Positions 45,537 to 55,327 of a stretch of DNA of 64,000 bases are shown piece after piece. Positions within the stretch are counted from its first letter, which is position 1, and each line of letters starts with the position of its first letter. Where the stretch lies: assembly GCA_040755215.1 (NCBI GenBank), contig JBFMBG010000001.1, positions 41,157 through 105,156 on the forward strand, written 5' to 3'. The stretch comes from Bacillota bacterium. GTDB taxonomy: Bacteria; Bacillota; Desulfotomaculia; Desulfotomaculales; Nap2-2B. The position numbers and the translations under genes are program-made. The notes beneath the pieces were generated by a model. It saw only the letters and a list, made by a program, of their open reading frames with translations. It was not told the DNA's origin and searched no databases.

Positions 45537-45605
45537 AAGCAGGTGATCGGAAAAGGCCGGCAGCTTTAAAAAAAGCAGAAAGATCTTGCCGGACGGGGGG
45601 TAACT

Positions 45606-47426
45606 ATGCCGGAGATAGAAATCTTTACCGCGAAAAGCGGGGCTCTTTCCGCCAGGGCAAAATTGCCGGACGGACGTTCTCTGCTGTTGCACAGCGCCTA
45701 CGACCCGGTCAAAGAAGCCCAAAAACTCACCGCCTCCTTCTCCCTGGAGGAAACCGGGGTTATCATTCTGCTTGGCCTGGGACTTGGTTACCACCTGGAG
45801 GAAATCGCCAAAAAGATTCCGCCGGAAGCCAAAATACTGGTTATTGAAAAATATGGCGAACTAATCAACCGGGCAAGAACGAAGCTAAAAAACTTGCCAT
45901 GGTCCAGAATTACGATAACCGGGGAAGAACAAAAAATCAAACACTTTGTATTTTCCCACCGGGAAGAACTCCGTGCCCGGCATCCGGTAATTATTGAGCA
46001 TCCGCCCTCTTTCCGCCTTGACCCGGCTTATTACGGGGCGATGCGGACGCAGGTGCGCGACTATATCTCCCTGCTGGCGGTTGAACTGAATACAGCCCGG
46101 ACTCTGAATCCTTCAATCCAGTACAATCTGTTGAAGAACTTTCCGCTCGTCCTTCAGGACCCGGGAGTGGCCGTTTTAAAGGACGCCTTCCGAAAAAAGC
46201 CGGCGGTGATTGTTGCCGCGGGGCCTTCCCTGGCCAAAAACATCGACCTCCTGCCCCGGGCCAAAAACCGCGGCGTCCTGATCTGCGTAGGCACGGCTTT
46301 AAAGGCGCTGCAAAAAAAGGGCATCGAACCGGACCTGGTCGTCACCATTGACCCCATGACGGCCAATTACCGGCTTTTTGAAAACATGCGCCCGACGCGG
46401 GCCTTTTTATGCTACGAACACCAGACTTACCCGAACATTTTACCCCTTTTTCCCGAACGGCGATTTGCCTTTCACGCGCTGATCAACCACCTGGGGCTGT
46501 GGCTGCATACCCTGTACGGCTACAAAGGAGAAATCGAACCCGGCGGCTCGGTGGCCATCGCCGCCTTTGAAATCGCCTGCCTGCTCGGGGCCGATCCAAT
46601 TGTTTTCATCGGCCAGGATCTGGCCTACACAGACGGTTACACTCACGCCCGGGGAACTCAATACGACGGACAAAAAGCCGATCTGAACAATCCCCACGTG
46701 ATCGAAGTGCCGGCCGTCGGCGGCGGGACGGTGTATACTTCCCGGGCCTTGCACGGCTTCCTGGTGCGCTTTGAAGAACTGTTTAAAAAACACAGCGACA
46801 GGCTGATCATCGACGCCACCGAAGGAGGGGCGGTAAAACGGGGGGCCAGGATAATGACTTTTCAGGAAGCGCTCGACCAGTACTTTCCAGAGGAATTTCC
46901 GATCCTCCCCTGCATCGAAGAGTTGCACGAAAAGGGCAAGCCCCCTGTTTCAACTATACTGCCGAAGGCTGCCGAAGAAATTCGCCAAACCATGCTCGAA
47001 TACGAAGGTTTTATCAGCAAACTGGATAATTTAATCAATCTGGCCAAAACAGTCAGCAGGCTTGATGCCGCCGCCACCGCCCGTTCCCCGGCAGGAAACG
47101 GCAATGGTTTTTGGCGGCGGGCGGCCGGGCAGTCTCTCAAAGAAAAGGCTACACAGTTGAACAATGCCCTGAAGGAAGTAAATGCCTGCGGCAAAATGAT
47201 CAACCTGCTGAGTTTATTAACTATAGATGTCGAACTGGCCCGCCCCCTGCCCGAAGACGCCACCCTGGCCGAACAGCTGGAGCGCATTCAGGAAGCTTAC
47301 GGCAGGTACCGCGGAGCGGCCGGGGTAATGGTTGAACAATTGAAGGAAACATTGGCAGACCTGGAAAGACTGGAGAAGCTGCAAATCGGTACAGAAGGGG
47401 GGATACCGGTCAAGCATGGGCATTAA
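45606..47426 (+). CDS. Motility-associated factor (Maf/DUF115) flagellin glycosyltransferase
   Basis: LHSAYDP.KEA, GLGLGYH, AAGPSL.KN, PDLVV.ID, GGSVA, GQDLAY, DATEGG. Confidence 0.9.
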   Translation: MPEIEIFTAKSGALSARAKLPDGRSLLLHSAYDPVKEAQKLTASFSLEETGVIILLGLGLGYHLEEIAKKIPPEAKILVIEKYGELINRARTKLKNLPWSRITITGEEQKIKHFVFSHREELRARHPVIIEHPPSFRLDPAYYGAMRTQVRDYISLLAVELNTARTLNPSIQYNLLKNFPLVLQDPGVAVLKDAFRKKPAVIVAAGPSLAKNIDLLPRAKNRGVLICVGTALKALQKKGIEPDLVVTIDPMTANYRLFENMRPTRAFLCYEHQTYPNILPLFPERRFAFHALINHLGLWLHTLYGYKGEIEPGGSVAIAAFEIACLLGADPIVFIGQDLAYTDGYTHARGTQYDGQKADLNNPHVIEVPAVGGGTVYTSRALHGFLVRFEELFKKHSDRLIIDATEGGAVKRGARIMTFQEALDQYFPEEFPILPCIEELHEKGKPPVSTILPKAAEEIRQTMLEYEGFISKLDNLINLAKTVSRLDAAATARSPAGNGNGFWRRAAGQSLKEKATQLNNALKEVNACGKMINLLSLLTIDVELARPLPEDATLAEQLERIQEAYGRYRGAAGVMVEQLKETLADLERLEKLQIGTEGGIPVKHGH

Positions 47427-47763
47427 CAGCGTAACGGCGGCCTACCCGGCCAGTCCCGTTCCGGAGCGAAATCCAGAAAAACCGCCGCAAACTTTCCGGG
47501 AAAACGAAAAAAACAGCTTTCCGTCTCCTTTCCGGGAACCGGCGGAAGAGCTTATCCCCGCTCTGGAAAAACTCAATAAAACCGCGCCTATCTTTGATTT
47601 TCGATTTCACTTTCTCATCCACGAAGAAACAAGGCGCATCATGGTCCAGATCATCGATCAGGAAACGGGCAAGGTACTTAATGAAATCCCGCCGGAAAAA
47701 ATCCTGGACCTGGTGGCCCGCATCCAGGAGTTGGTGGGATTGCTGGTAGACGAAAAGCGGTGA
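47416..47763 (+). CDS. flaG: Flagellar protein FlaG
   Basis: F.IHEET.R..V.IID.ETG.V..EIPPE..L, GLLVDEK. Confidence 0.92.
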   Translation: MGINSVTAAYPASPVPERNPEKPPQTFRENEKNSFPSPFREPAEELIPALEKLNKTAPIFDFRFHFLIHEETRRIMVQIIDQETGKVLNEIPPEKILDLVARIQELVGLLVDEKR

Positions 47764-47862
47764 CCCGCAATAGGGAAGCTAAAATGGCGGCGTAGATACT
47801 AACCCACATAATCAATTACAGGCAACCGCAGGCAACAAACGAAATGAGTGGAGGCAACCCTG

Positions 47863-49698
47863 ATGATCTATTACTTCAACCCGGTTAACCGCATGACCGG
47901 CCTGGCCTCAGGGCTGGATACGAAAAGCATCGTGGAAGACCTGATGAAAGCCGCCCGCATACCCCTGGACCGGATGCTGCAGAGCCAGCAGTTGCTCCAG
48001 TGGAAGAAGGAAGACTACCGGGCGATCAATACCACGCTCACCAACCTGCGGACCAGTTACGTTTTCCCTTTAAAATTGCAGTCCAGCTTCCTGGTTAAAA
48101 AGGCGACTTCCAGCGACGAGTCGGTAGTGGCCGCCACCGCGAGCACAAAGGCCATCAGCGGCATTTATACCATTACCAGGGTGGATCAACTGGCTGCCGC
48201 CCATTCCGTAGCCTCCGATGTGGTCAATCCGGTCGTCCTGGAAGATACTTTTATCAATTCGGCAAATATCGACCTGGCCAACACCACCGCTTACGTGGAC
48301 TACGCCAAGGGAAAGGTAACCACCTCCGCCGCCGGAACGGAAGTTTTCGAGTCCATCAACAAAACCGGCTTAAACGTAAGCAAGTTTCGTTTTAATGCAA
48401 GTACTTACGTTCCTTCAGGAACGTCCATCACTTTTTATTATTCCACCGACGGCGGGTCCACCTGGACGGCAGTAAACGCCGGGGATGAAGTCACCCTGGG
48501 CACTCCTGCCACGCAGCTTAAGTTCAAAGCAGAACTCACCGGCACCGCCGACGCCAAACCCGAACTCCTGGATTACAGTTTTCAGGATATATCGCAGAGT
48601 TTCGAGGGAACCTTCAAGATCAACGGCAAAAGCATTACCGTGGCGGCCGGCACCACCAGCCTCACGACCATCCGCGACCTGATCAACAATGCCAACGCCG
48701 GGGTCACGGCCCAGGTGGCCGACAGCCGCCTGATCATCACCAGCAACGCCATCGGTTCCGGGGGCGCCATCCAGTTTGTGGACGATGCCGGCACGGATAT
48801 TTTAACAAAGCTAGGTGTACTTACCAATACGGATACAATTAAAAACGAGCTGCAGGCCGCCAGGGACGCCCAACTGGTGTACGGAGGGCTGACGATCACC
48901 CGGTCGGCCAACGTGATCACCGACCTCATCCAGGGCGTAACTTTAGAGTTAAAAAAGACCAGCGCCTCTCCGGTGACCATCAACGTCAGCACCGACGCCG
49001 ATGCGGTAGTCGGCACCATCAAGCAGTTTATCGACCAATATAATGCTGCCCTGGACCAAATAGTCGGCGAACTGAAAGAAGAACGCTACCGGGATTACCT
49101 TCCCCTGACGGAAGACCAAAAGAAAGAAATGTCCGAAGATGAAATCAAGAAGTGGGAGGAAAAAGCCCGGAGCGGGTTATTGAAGAGCGATCCCATCCTC
49201 AACGATATCCTCGTCTGGGTCCGGAACGCCGTGGAAAGAGCGGTTGCGGGCGCGCCCCGGGAAACGGACGTTCTATACGACATCGGCATTACTTTCGGGG
49301 ATTACTGGTCCGGCACCAGCCACCGGCTTTACCTGGACGAAACAAAGCTGCGGGAGACCATCTCCACCAACCCCGACGGAGTGATGCAGCTATTCACGAA
49401 AACAGGGGCCACCGAGGAAGAGAAGGGCATCGGGATCCGCCTGTACGATGCACTCAAGCGGGGCATTGACCGTCTGAAGGATGAAGCAGGAAGCCCCAGC
49501 AGCTACTTTTACGACACTTCCTACCTCAGTGAATCCATCAGGGACCTTCAGGAACGGATCGACGCGGAAAGCGAGCGCCTGGCCAAGCTGGAGGAAAGCT
49601 ACTGGCGGCAGTTTACGGCCATGGAACAGTTCATCGCCCAAATGAATTCCCAGAGCATGTGGCTGGCGCAGCAGTTCAACATGTACGCAGCAGGGTAA
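47863..49698 (+). CDS. fliD: Flagellar filament cap protein
   Basis: GLASGLDT, I.GVT..L, Y.PLT..QK..M...EI..WE.KA.SGLL, QF.AME. Confidence 0.95.
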   Translation: MIYYFNPVNRMTGLASGLDTKSIVEDLMKAARIPLDRMLQSQQLLQWKKEDYRAINTTLTNLRTSYVFPLKLQSSFLVKKATSSDESVVAATASTKAISGIYTITRVDQLAAAHSVASDVVNPVVLEDTFINSANIDLANTTAYVDYAKGKVTTSAAGTEVFESINKTGLNVSKFRFNASTYVPSGTSITFYYSTDGGSTWTAVNAGDEVTLGTPATQLKFKAELTGTADAKPELLDYSFQDISQSFEGTFKINGKSITVAAGTTSLTTIRDLINNANAGVTAQVADSRLIITSNAIGSGGAIQFVDDAGTDILTKLGVLTNTDTIKNELQAARDAQLVYGGLTITRSANVITDLIQGVTLELKKTSASPVTINVSTDADAVVGTIKQFIDQYNAALDQIVGELKEERYRDYLPLTEDQKKEMSEDEIKKWEEKARSGLLKSDPILNDILVWVRNAVERAVAGAPRETDVLYDIGITFGDYWSGTSHRLYLDETKLRETISTNPDGVMQLFTKTGATEEEKGIGIRLYDALKRGIDRLKDEAGSPSSYFYDTSYLSESIRDLQERIDAESERLAKLEESYWRQFTAMEQFIAQMNSQSMWLAQQFNMYAAG

Positions 49699-49717
49699 GC
49701 GGGCAGCTGAAATTTAT

Positions 49718-50104
49718 CTAAACAATTTCTAAATAACCATCTTTGTAGTCAATAACAGTTCTAAAATTCTTTAGAAAACTTAAACCAAGTAACCCTCTTA
49801 CCCCCGCAAGTTCGGGTATATCATGACAAATGAGCTCTACATTGCCGGCTCTTACATCACCGACTGCCATACTTAACACACGAATTTTGGGAACTTTTAT
49901 TACCCCGTTGGCGGTAATGATTTCTTGTCGATCTGGTGCAGTGGCAGGATCGTAACCAATTAGTTCAAGGATTGACCAGGCAACAACAGTAAAAGTTGCA
50001 CCTGTATCAAGAATTAAGTCTACTCTGACAGAGCCTTTTGGGCCTGTGATTTTTACATTTCTCACAATAAGCGGTATACCTACTGGTAACTGCATGGCTT
50101 TCAC
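49718..50104 (-). CDS. Single-domain retropepsin-like (clan AA) aspartic protease
   Basis: LILDTGAT, TANG flap, GLLGLSFL; low GC. Confidence 0.88.
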   Translation of the reverse strand: MKAMQLPVGIPLIVRNVKITGPKGSVRVDLILDTGATFTVVAWSILELIGYDPATAPDRQEIITANGVIKVPKIRVLSMAVGDVRAGNVELICHDIPELAGVRGLLGLSFLKNFRTVIDYKDGYLEIV

Positions 50105-50323
50105 CTAAAACATTGCCGCGTATCCCTCAGGAATTGAGGGTCCAGCAAACGTTATATAGATATCTCCAAGCTTACCAAGATCACACTCAAGTATTTTTTT
50201 ATCAAAGAGGTGCCTGTCTTTAATATGAAAAATTACTTCACCTTCTGGATTGCTGCCCTCCTCAAAAGGAACGAAAGCAATCCACTCGCCCGGGTATTTG
50301 GATTTTGCCTCTTCAAGCTTCAT
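50105..50323 (-). CDS. Small DUF5678-like protein
   Basis: KYPGEWIA motif, GGAGG RBS, abuts the protease gene. Confidence 0.7.
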   Translation of the reverse strand: MKLEEAKSKYPGEWIAFVPFEEGSNPEGEVIFHIKDRHLFDKKILECDLGKLGDIYITFAGPSIPEGYAAMF

Positions 50324-50490
50324 GATAACACCTCCAGTGGTATTGTTTTCAATACAGATTTTATCACATCCCAGGCAGATAGAGCAATCATAATTCCTCC
50401 ACCTTAGCGCGTTCACGTACTTTGGTTCGCTAATTTTTTAGTTTGCAGGTAACCCCTCCAAATATTTACTTTTTTTGAGAGGTGATCACT

Positions 50491-50886
50491 TTGACAACAG
50501 CTAACCCCTATCAGCAGTATCAACAAAACGCCGTCCTTACCGCCGACCCCGGGCGGCTTACGCTCCTGCTCTTTAACGGGGCGGCAAAGTTTGCCCGCCA
50601 GGCGGTGGAATCCATCAAAAACAAGGATATCCCCGGCGCCCATCAAGCCATTACCAGGGCGCAGGATATTGTGTTTTACCTCTTGTCTACCGTCAACACG
50701 GAATCGGAGGTCGGCAAAAACCTGTCCGCCCTGTACGACTACATGCACCGCCGCCTGGTCGAAGCCAACGTTAAAAAGGACATTTCTATTTTAGAAGAAG
50801 TCAGCGGGATGCTGGAAGACCTGGGCGCCAGCTGGCAGGAAGCTATAAAACAGGCCCCCGCCCAGCAGCTCAGCAGCGATAGCTAA
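50491..50886 (+). CDS. fliS: Flagellin export chaperone
   Basis: Y....V.TA.P..L.LLL..GA, NL..LYDYM..RL..AN. Confidence 0.95.
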   Translation: MTTANPYQQYQQNAVLTADPGRLTLLLFNGAAKFARQAVESIKNKDIPGAHQAITRAQDIVFYLLSTVNTESEVGKNLSALYDYMHRRLVEANVKKDISILEEVSGMLEDLGASWQEAIKQAPAQQLSSDS

Positions 50887-50977
50887 AAAACTAAATTTTT
50901 CATCGGTCCGGCCTTTGCAAAAATTTGCATATTTCAACTGCCACCTTCACCTATATCCACAAAACAGGAGAATTTTT

Positions 50978-51391
50978 GTGTTAGAAGCTCTGCTTTCTCA
51001 AAAAAGGACGCTTTTAGAAGAAATGGTTAAAATGCACCGCCAGGTAACGGAACACCTAAAAAAACCGGACGGGGATTTCCTGGAAAAACTTGCCGGGGCC
51101 ATGTCTGACTTAGAAAAGTTACGGGAACAAATTAATGAACTGGATGCCGCGATAAGCGAACAAAAAAAACATGGGGAAATCTATGCAAAAATAATCGCCG
51201 GCAAAGAGGAAGAAATCAAGAGAATCCTGGCGCAAATCCAGGCAATTCAGGAACAAAACGTTTCCCTGGCCAAAGGACTCCGGGATGAAATCAGCGGAAA
51301 ATTAAAAAGCCTGCGGGAAGGCAGGCAGGCGATGGCTTACTTAAAAAAAGAACGTATGCTGAACGGAAACTCTTTGAACAGAACCTTTTAG
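50978..51391 (+). CDS. FliT/FlgN-like helical flagellar chaperone
   Basis: Coiled-coil protein directly after fliS; AGGAG RBS before GTG. Confidence 0.55.
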   Translation: MLEALLSQKRTLLEEMVKMHRQVTEHLKKPDGDFLEKLAGAMSDLEKLREQINELDAAISEQKKHGEIYAKIIAGKEEEIKRILAQIQAIQEQNVSLAKGLRDEISGKLKSLREGRQAMAYLKKERMLNGNSLNRTF

Positions 51392-51434
51392 GGTCAATGC
51401 TTTTGATGCCGCTTATGAAATTACATTAATGATT

Positions 51435-51806
51435 TTACAGATATTGATCAAGAAGCAACCCTAAAGCTTTGAAAGGTTCTTGGGCAAGAGTAACTGCGTC
51501 ATCAGGAGTCATTTCCGCTTTTACTTCCCCTGACTCCCTGTTAACAAGTTGCACCACGGATTTACCTTCTTCTCTTTCGCGTACCAAAAACTCCAGCGGC
51601 TGGTTATAGGCCTCGGCCGCCTGGTTCAAACGGGCAACCGCCTTAATCAGGTTCTCCCTGCGCACTTTCCCCCCTTCTTCTGAAGGCGGACCCTGGGGAA
51701 ATACGTCTTCCCGCCGCACGGCGCTGGCCGGCTCGATTCTGCGCAGCGGGGCAACCTCCTGAGAGGCAAGGGACTGCAGGCCACCGGCGCCAACTTTCAT
51801 GATCAA
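51435..51806 (-). CDS. Second, divergent FlaG-family protein
   Basis: AV.RLN, L.F, V..V..ESGEV, GLLLDQY. Confidence 0.7.
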   Translation of the reverse strand: MIMKVGAGGLQSLASQEVAPLRRIEPASAVRREDVFPQGPPSEEGGKVRRENLIKAVARLNQAAEAYNQPLEFLVREREEGKSVVQLVNRESGEVKAEMTPDDAVTLAQEPFKALGLLLDQYL

Positions 51807-51907
51807 ACACCCCCTGAAATAGACTCTCTGAAAAAAACTCTCGATAGTTATACCCCTGCATGAATTATCCCGATCTCACTTGTACTCTTTAATTCCAGTG
51901 GAATCTT

Positions 51908-52813
51908 TTACCTCAGGTAATCCAGCAAAGACGTCTGCAGCATTCTAGCGCCTGCCGAAAGGGCGGCCTGGTAGGACAACTGCTTTTGCTGGAACTCGAT
52001 GGTAGCCCGCGCAATGTCGCTGTCCTGCAGATTCGAAAGCACGCCGGTCATGCGCACTCCATTGTCCTTCATCTGAGTTTGGAGATTCTCCAAGCGAGTG
52101 GTGCGGGAACCCGTGGTCACCCGGTGCTGCATCAACCAGTCCAAAGAAACATCCAGTTCTCCCAACGCATTGTCCACTTCAGCATAGTCCCCGCTGTCCA
52201 GCGCATTGTACAGATGAGAAAGCGTATCGAAAATACTCGGTGCACCGCCACCAGGGGAAGCCAGAAACAATTCTTGACCGTCAGTGTTAACCTGGACCAC
52301 CGAACCGTAAAAGACCGCCCGCTCAATTTTGTCGTTATTGCCGTTGAACACAACCTGACCGGTTAAGGGATTACGTTCAAAAGGTCGGGTGCCGACGTTT
52401 GAGCCGGCAAATATATACTTTCCCCCTAAGGAGGTGTTGCCCACGTCAACCATACCGTCGATAATGTTATCGATCTGTTGGGCCAGCAACTTCATGTCTT
52501 CTTGAGTTAAGGTGCCATTGGCTCCCTGGACGGCGATCTGCCGGGCCTGCTGCAAGAGGCTGGTGGCGTTTCCCATGGCGGCATCGGCTTGATTCAGCCA
52601 GGACAAGCCGTCATCCACGTTGCGTAAATACTGCCTGGTGCTGTCCAAATCGGACATTACAGACATAATTTGCGAGGTACCGCTGGGATCATCGCTGGGA
52701 CGGTTAACTTTTTTCCCGGTGGACATGCGTTCCTGGCTGCGCACCAGTCCCTCCAGGTTGAGTTGAATTGCGTTTATTAAATGGGCTCCGATCATATTGT
52801 GGGTAATCCGCAT
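51908..52813 (-). CDS. flgL: Hook-associated protein 3
   Basis: MRIT, STGK..NRPSDDP, GKYIFAG, YQAAL, SLLDYL. Confidence 0.95.
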   Translation of the reverse strand: MRITHNMIGAHLINAIQLNLEGLVRSQERMSTGKKVNRPSDDPSGTSQIMSVMSDLDSTRQYLRNVDDGLSWLNQADAAMGNATSLLQQARQIAVQGANGTLTQEDMKLLAQQIDNIIDGMVDVGNTSLGGKYIFAGSNVGTRPFERNPLTGQVVFNGNNDKIERAVFYGSVVQVNTDGQELFLASPGGGAPSIFDTLSHLYNALDSGDYAEVDNALGELDVSLDWLMQHRVTTGSRTTRLENLQTQMKDNGVRMTGVLSNLQDSDIARATIEFQQKQLSYQAALSAGARMLQTSLLDYLR

Positions 52814-52910
52814 AGCATAAGCTCCCCCTTCCGGCCTTAACCAATCCCTTAGTGGTTACGCCGGCGACGTTAAAAAGTGAAAGCCACAATGATTTTACTT
52901 TTACCTTAAC

Positions 52911-54350
52911 TTACAATACCCCCATCCGGTTAATCAGCGTGTCCAGCATGCTGTCTAACACTGTCATCACCCGTGCCGACGCCTGGTAGGCGTACTGGAA
53001 CTGCGTTAAGCGAGTGAGTTCCTCGTCTAAAGAAACGCCGGAGACAGACTGGCGCAAGTTTTCCAGTTGCTGCAAGACCGCCCTGGCAGTGCCCGCCTGG
53101 TGACTGGAGCCCTGGGCGTCGGTGCCGATGCCGGAAACCAGGCCGCGGTAGTATGCCTCAAAAGTATTCCCGTCAAGTTCAGGAATCAATCCTTCCCGCA
53201 ACTGGGCAATTTGTAGTGCTTTTTCACCGTTAACTTTATTGACATCATTTTTAATTTCAGTGCTAAGGTCTATATTACTCGCGTCCGCGCCATCTAAAAA
53301 AAAGTCAGGATAACCGGATACTTCGTGTTCAGTATTCACGTAGTAAACTATATTTTTAGCCAGTTCGTTAAGTTTATAAATATATCCGCCATTAAGACTG
53401 CCAGACCCATCTTTACTTGCTATTCTCCAACGGGCGCTTTCCGCCCCAGCCAGAGAGCCGGGAAGCTTAAATGCCACTGTGTCGTCTGTTATATCGACAT
53501 TTCCAACAGGATTATTTAAACTATCAAATATCTTTAAAGTTAATTTATCTGTTGTGGGATCGAATAAGTCATTTAGATCAATATGATTAAAGTCACCAGT
53601 TGCGCTAACCAGTTGCACGCCAGTAGTGGAATTGGAAATCTTAACATCTACTGTTCCGTTGTCTTGAAACTTTACTTCCACTTGGATTATTTCAGTCAAT
53701 TCATCCAGCAAGAGATCGCGCTTGTCAAGCAAATCATTGGGCTGATTGCCGTTTGCCACAATTCGTTCGATGGATTTATTTAAATCACCCAATTCCCCGG
53801 CTATTTCATTAATCCGCTGTGCCTTAAGCTTAATCAAATCTTCCTGGCTTTTTCTGATCTCGCTCAACTGCCTGTAAATATGCCGGAAATTAACCGCCAG
53901 CTCCTCCCCCGCTTCCTTCACCACCGCTTTCAGCCCCGGGTCGCTGGGGTTGTTGTTCAATTCGTGCCAGGCGTCGAAGAACCGGGCGAGAACGCTTCCC
54001 AGCCCCACCTCCGAAGGCTCCGGAAACACCGCCTCCACCCTCTGCAGGGCGTCCTGGCGGGCCTGCCAGAAGCCGTCCCCACCTTTTGCGTAACGCACCT
54101 GGCCGTCCAGCAGAGCGTCGCGGATGCGGCGGATTTGCGCCACCTCCGTGCCGGTGCCGAGCTGGCCGGGGAGCAGGCGCTGGGCCAGATTGGGCAGAGT
54201 ATAGGGATCGGTGGCGGAAAAAACGGGGTCCTGCCGGGTATAACCCTCCGTACTGGCGTTGGCCAGGTTGTGCGCCGTTACGTCCATGGCGTTGCGGCCA
54301 GCCATCAGGCCCCGGCGGGCGATTTCAATCCCGAAGAAAGTGGAGATCAC
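52911..54350 (-). CDS. flgK: Hook-associated protein 1
   Basis: HNLANASTEGYTRQ, NDLLDKRD, SVSGVSLDEE, YQASA. Confidence 0.95.
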   Translation of the reverse strand: MISTFFGIEIARRGLMAGRNAMDVTAHNLANASTEGYTRQDPVFSATDPYTLPNLAQRLLPGQLGTGTEVAQIRRIRDALLDGQVRYAKGGDGFWQARQDALQRVEAVFPEPSEVGLGSVLARFFDAWHELNNNPSDPGLKAVVKEAGEELAVNFRHIYRQLSEIRKSQEDLIKLKAQRINEIAGELGDLNKSIERIVANGNQPNDLLDKRDLLLDELTEIIQVEVKFQDNGTVDVKISNSTTGVQLVSATGDFNHIDLNDLFDPTTDKLTLKIFDSLNNPVGNVDITDDTVAFKLPGSLAGAESARWRIASKDGSGSLNGGYIYKLNELAKNIVYYVNTEHEVSGYPDFFLDGADASNIDLSTEIKNDVNKVNGEKALQIAQLREGLIPELDGNTFEAYYRGLVSGIGTDAQGSSHQAGTARAVLQQLENLRQSVSGVSLDEELTRLTQFQYAYQASARVMTVLDSMLDTLINRMGVL

Positions 54351-54386
54351 GCAAGCATCATCCTTATTAAAAAATTATATTTACCG

Positions 54387-54875
54387 CTATACCTGGCGAT
54401 CGAAAACCCCAACCGGTTTTTGCTTCGTTTGCAGAAAACCTCTGGGGTCGTACATTTCTCCCTGCGCTGCGGCAATGAGTTTCGTTAATTGCCGCTGGAA
54501 CCGGAAAGCCCTGAGCAACAAAATTTTTCCCGTTTCATTTATTTGCCGAAGCTGCGCGACGGCAACGGCCAACCGGTTATACAACGAAGCAAAGGCGTCC
54601 TGCAGCTCGGCGGGAGCAAGGGAGGTTACTTCGCCAAAATGGGCATCTGTTTTAGAATTCTTAATTAAATCCTGCTGCACCTGCAACCTTTTCTCTTCGA
54701 GTTTTGCCAGCTCACCGGCCAGAAATTCCTGCTGCTCCGTCACGGAGATAATTTCGGAAGGGGCGTTTTCTTTCAGGGCGCGAATTAAGTTGCTTCCGGC
54801 TGCCTTCAGCTCTTCAACTACGGCCAGTTCTTGTTGCAACAAAGCCAGCAAAATTTTAAAGCCGCTTTCCGGCAT
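54387..54875 (-). CDS. flgN: Flagellar export chaperone FlgN
   Basis: Helical protein between flgM and flgK; L...N..., Y...G, FD..V tail. Confidence 0.8.
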   Translation of the reverse strand: MPESGFKILLALLQQELAVVEELKAAGSNLIRALKENAPSEIISVTEQQEFLAGELAKLEEKRLQVQQDLIKNSKTDAHFGEVTSLAPAELQDAFASLYNRLAVAVAQLRQINETGKILLLRAFRFQRQLTKLIAAAQGEMYDPRGFLQTKQKPVGVFDRQV

Positions 54876-54894
54876 CAGCAGCCGCCTCCCCAAT

Positions 54895-55209
54895 TTAAAC
54901 TCTTTTATCCAGCCGGTGTTCGGCCATTATTCCCTCGGCAATTTTTTCCGCATCCAGCTGGTAAGTTCCCCGTTCAAGTTGTTTTTTAATGGCGCTCACC
55001 AGTTCGGCCCGTACTTCCGGGATTTCTTTTAAACGGACGCGGTACAGCTGGAGCTCCCGCGCCCGGGCGGAAATCTCAATTTCGTCGGTCCGCATAGACT
55101 TTTGGTCAGCCTTGCGGACATTCCCTTGTTCGTCTTTTTCAATTTTTTGGACGCGTTTAAGATATGCTTCAGCGACCATCCGGGGATCAAAATTGTTGGT
55201 GATTTTCAC
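54895..55209 (-). CDS. flgM: Anti-sigma28 factor
   Basis: DEIEIS, VR.E.V..IK.....G.Y......IA. Confidence 0.92.
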   Translation of the reverse strand: MKITNNFDPRMVAEAYLKRVQKIEKDEQGNVRKADQKSMRTDEIEISARARELQLYRVRLKEIPEVRAELVSAIKKQLERGTYQLDAEKIAEGIMAEHRLDKRV

Positions 55210-55279
55210 CGAACCCCCCCTTTTTTTAAGCCTGAAACCTCTTCGACAAAAGCGCGGGACGTCAGGTACCCTACTAAAG

Positions 55280-55306
55280 TTATCGACCCGATCGGGCCAT
55301 TCTTTA
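55280..55306 (-). promoter_or_regulatory. SigD/FliA promoter of flgMNKL
   Basis: TAAA-N15-GTCGATAA on the minus strand. Confidence 0.75.
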
Positions 55307-55327
55307 GTTATGTTAAAAATTTCTTTT

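Noticed and set aside
50900..50930. SigD-like site (CAAA-N16-ACCGATGA) on the minus strand pointing into fliS
   Set aside because: Mismatches in both boxes; could be a chance match
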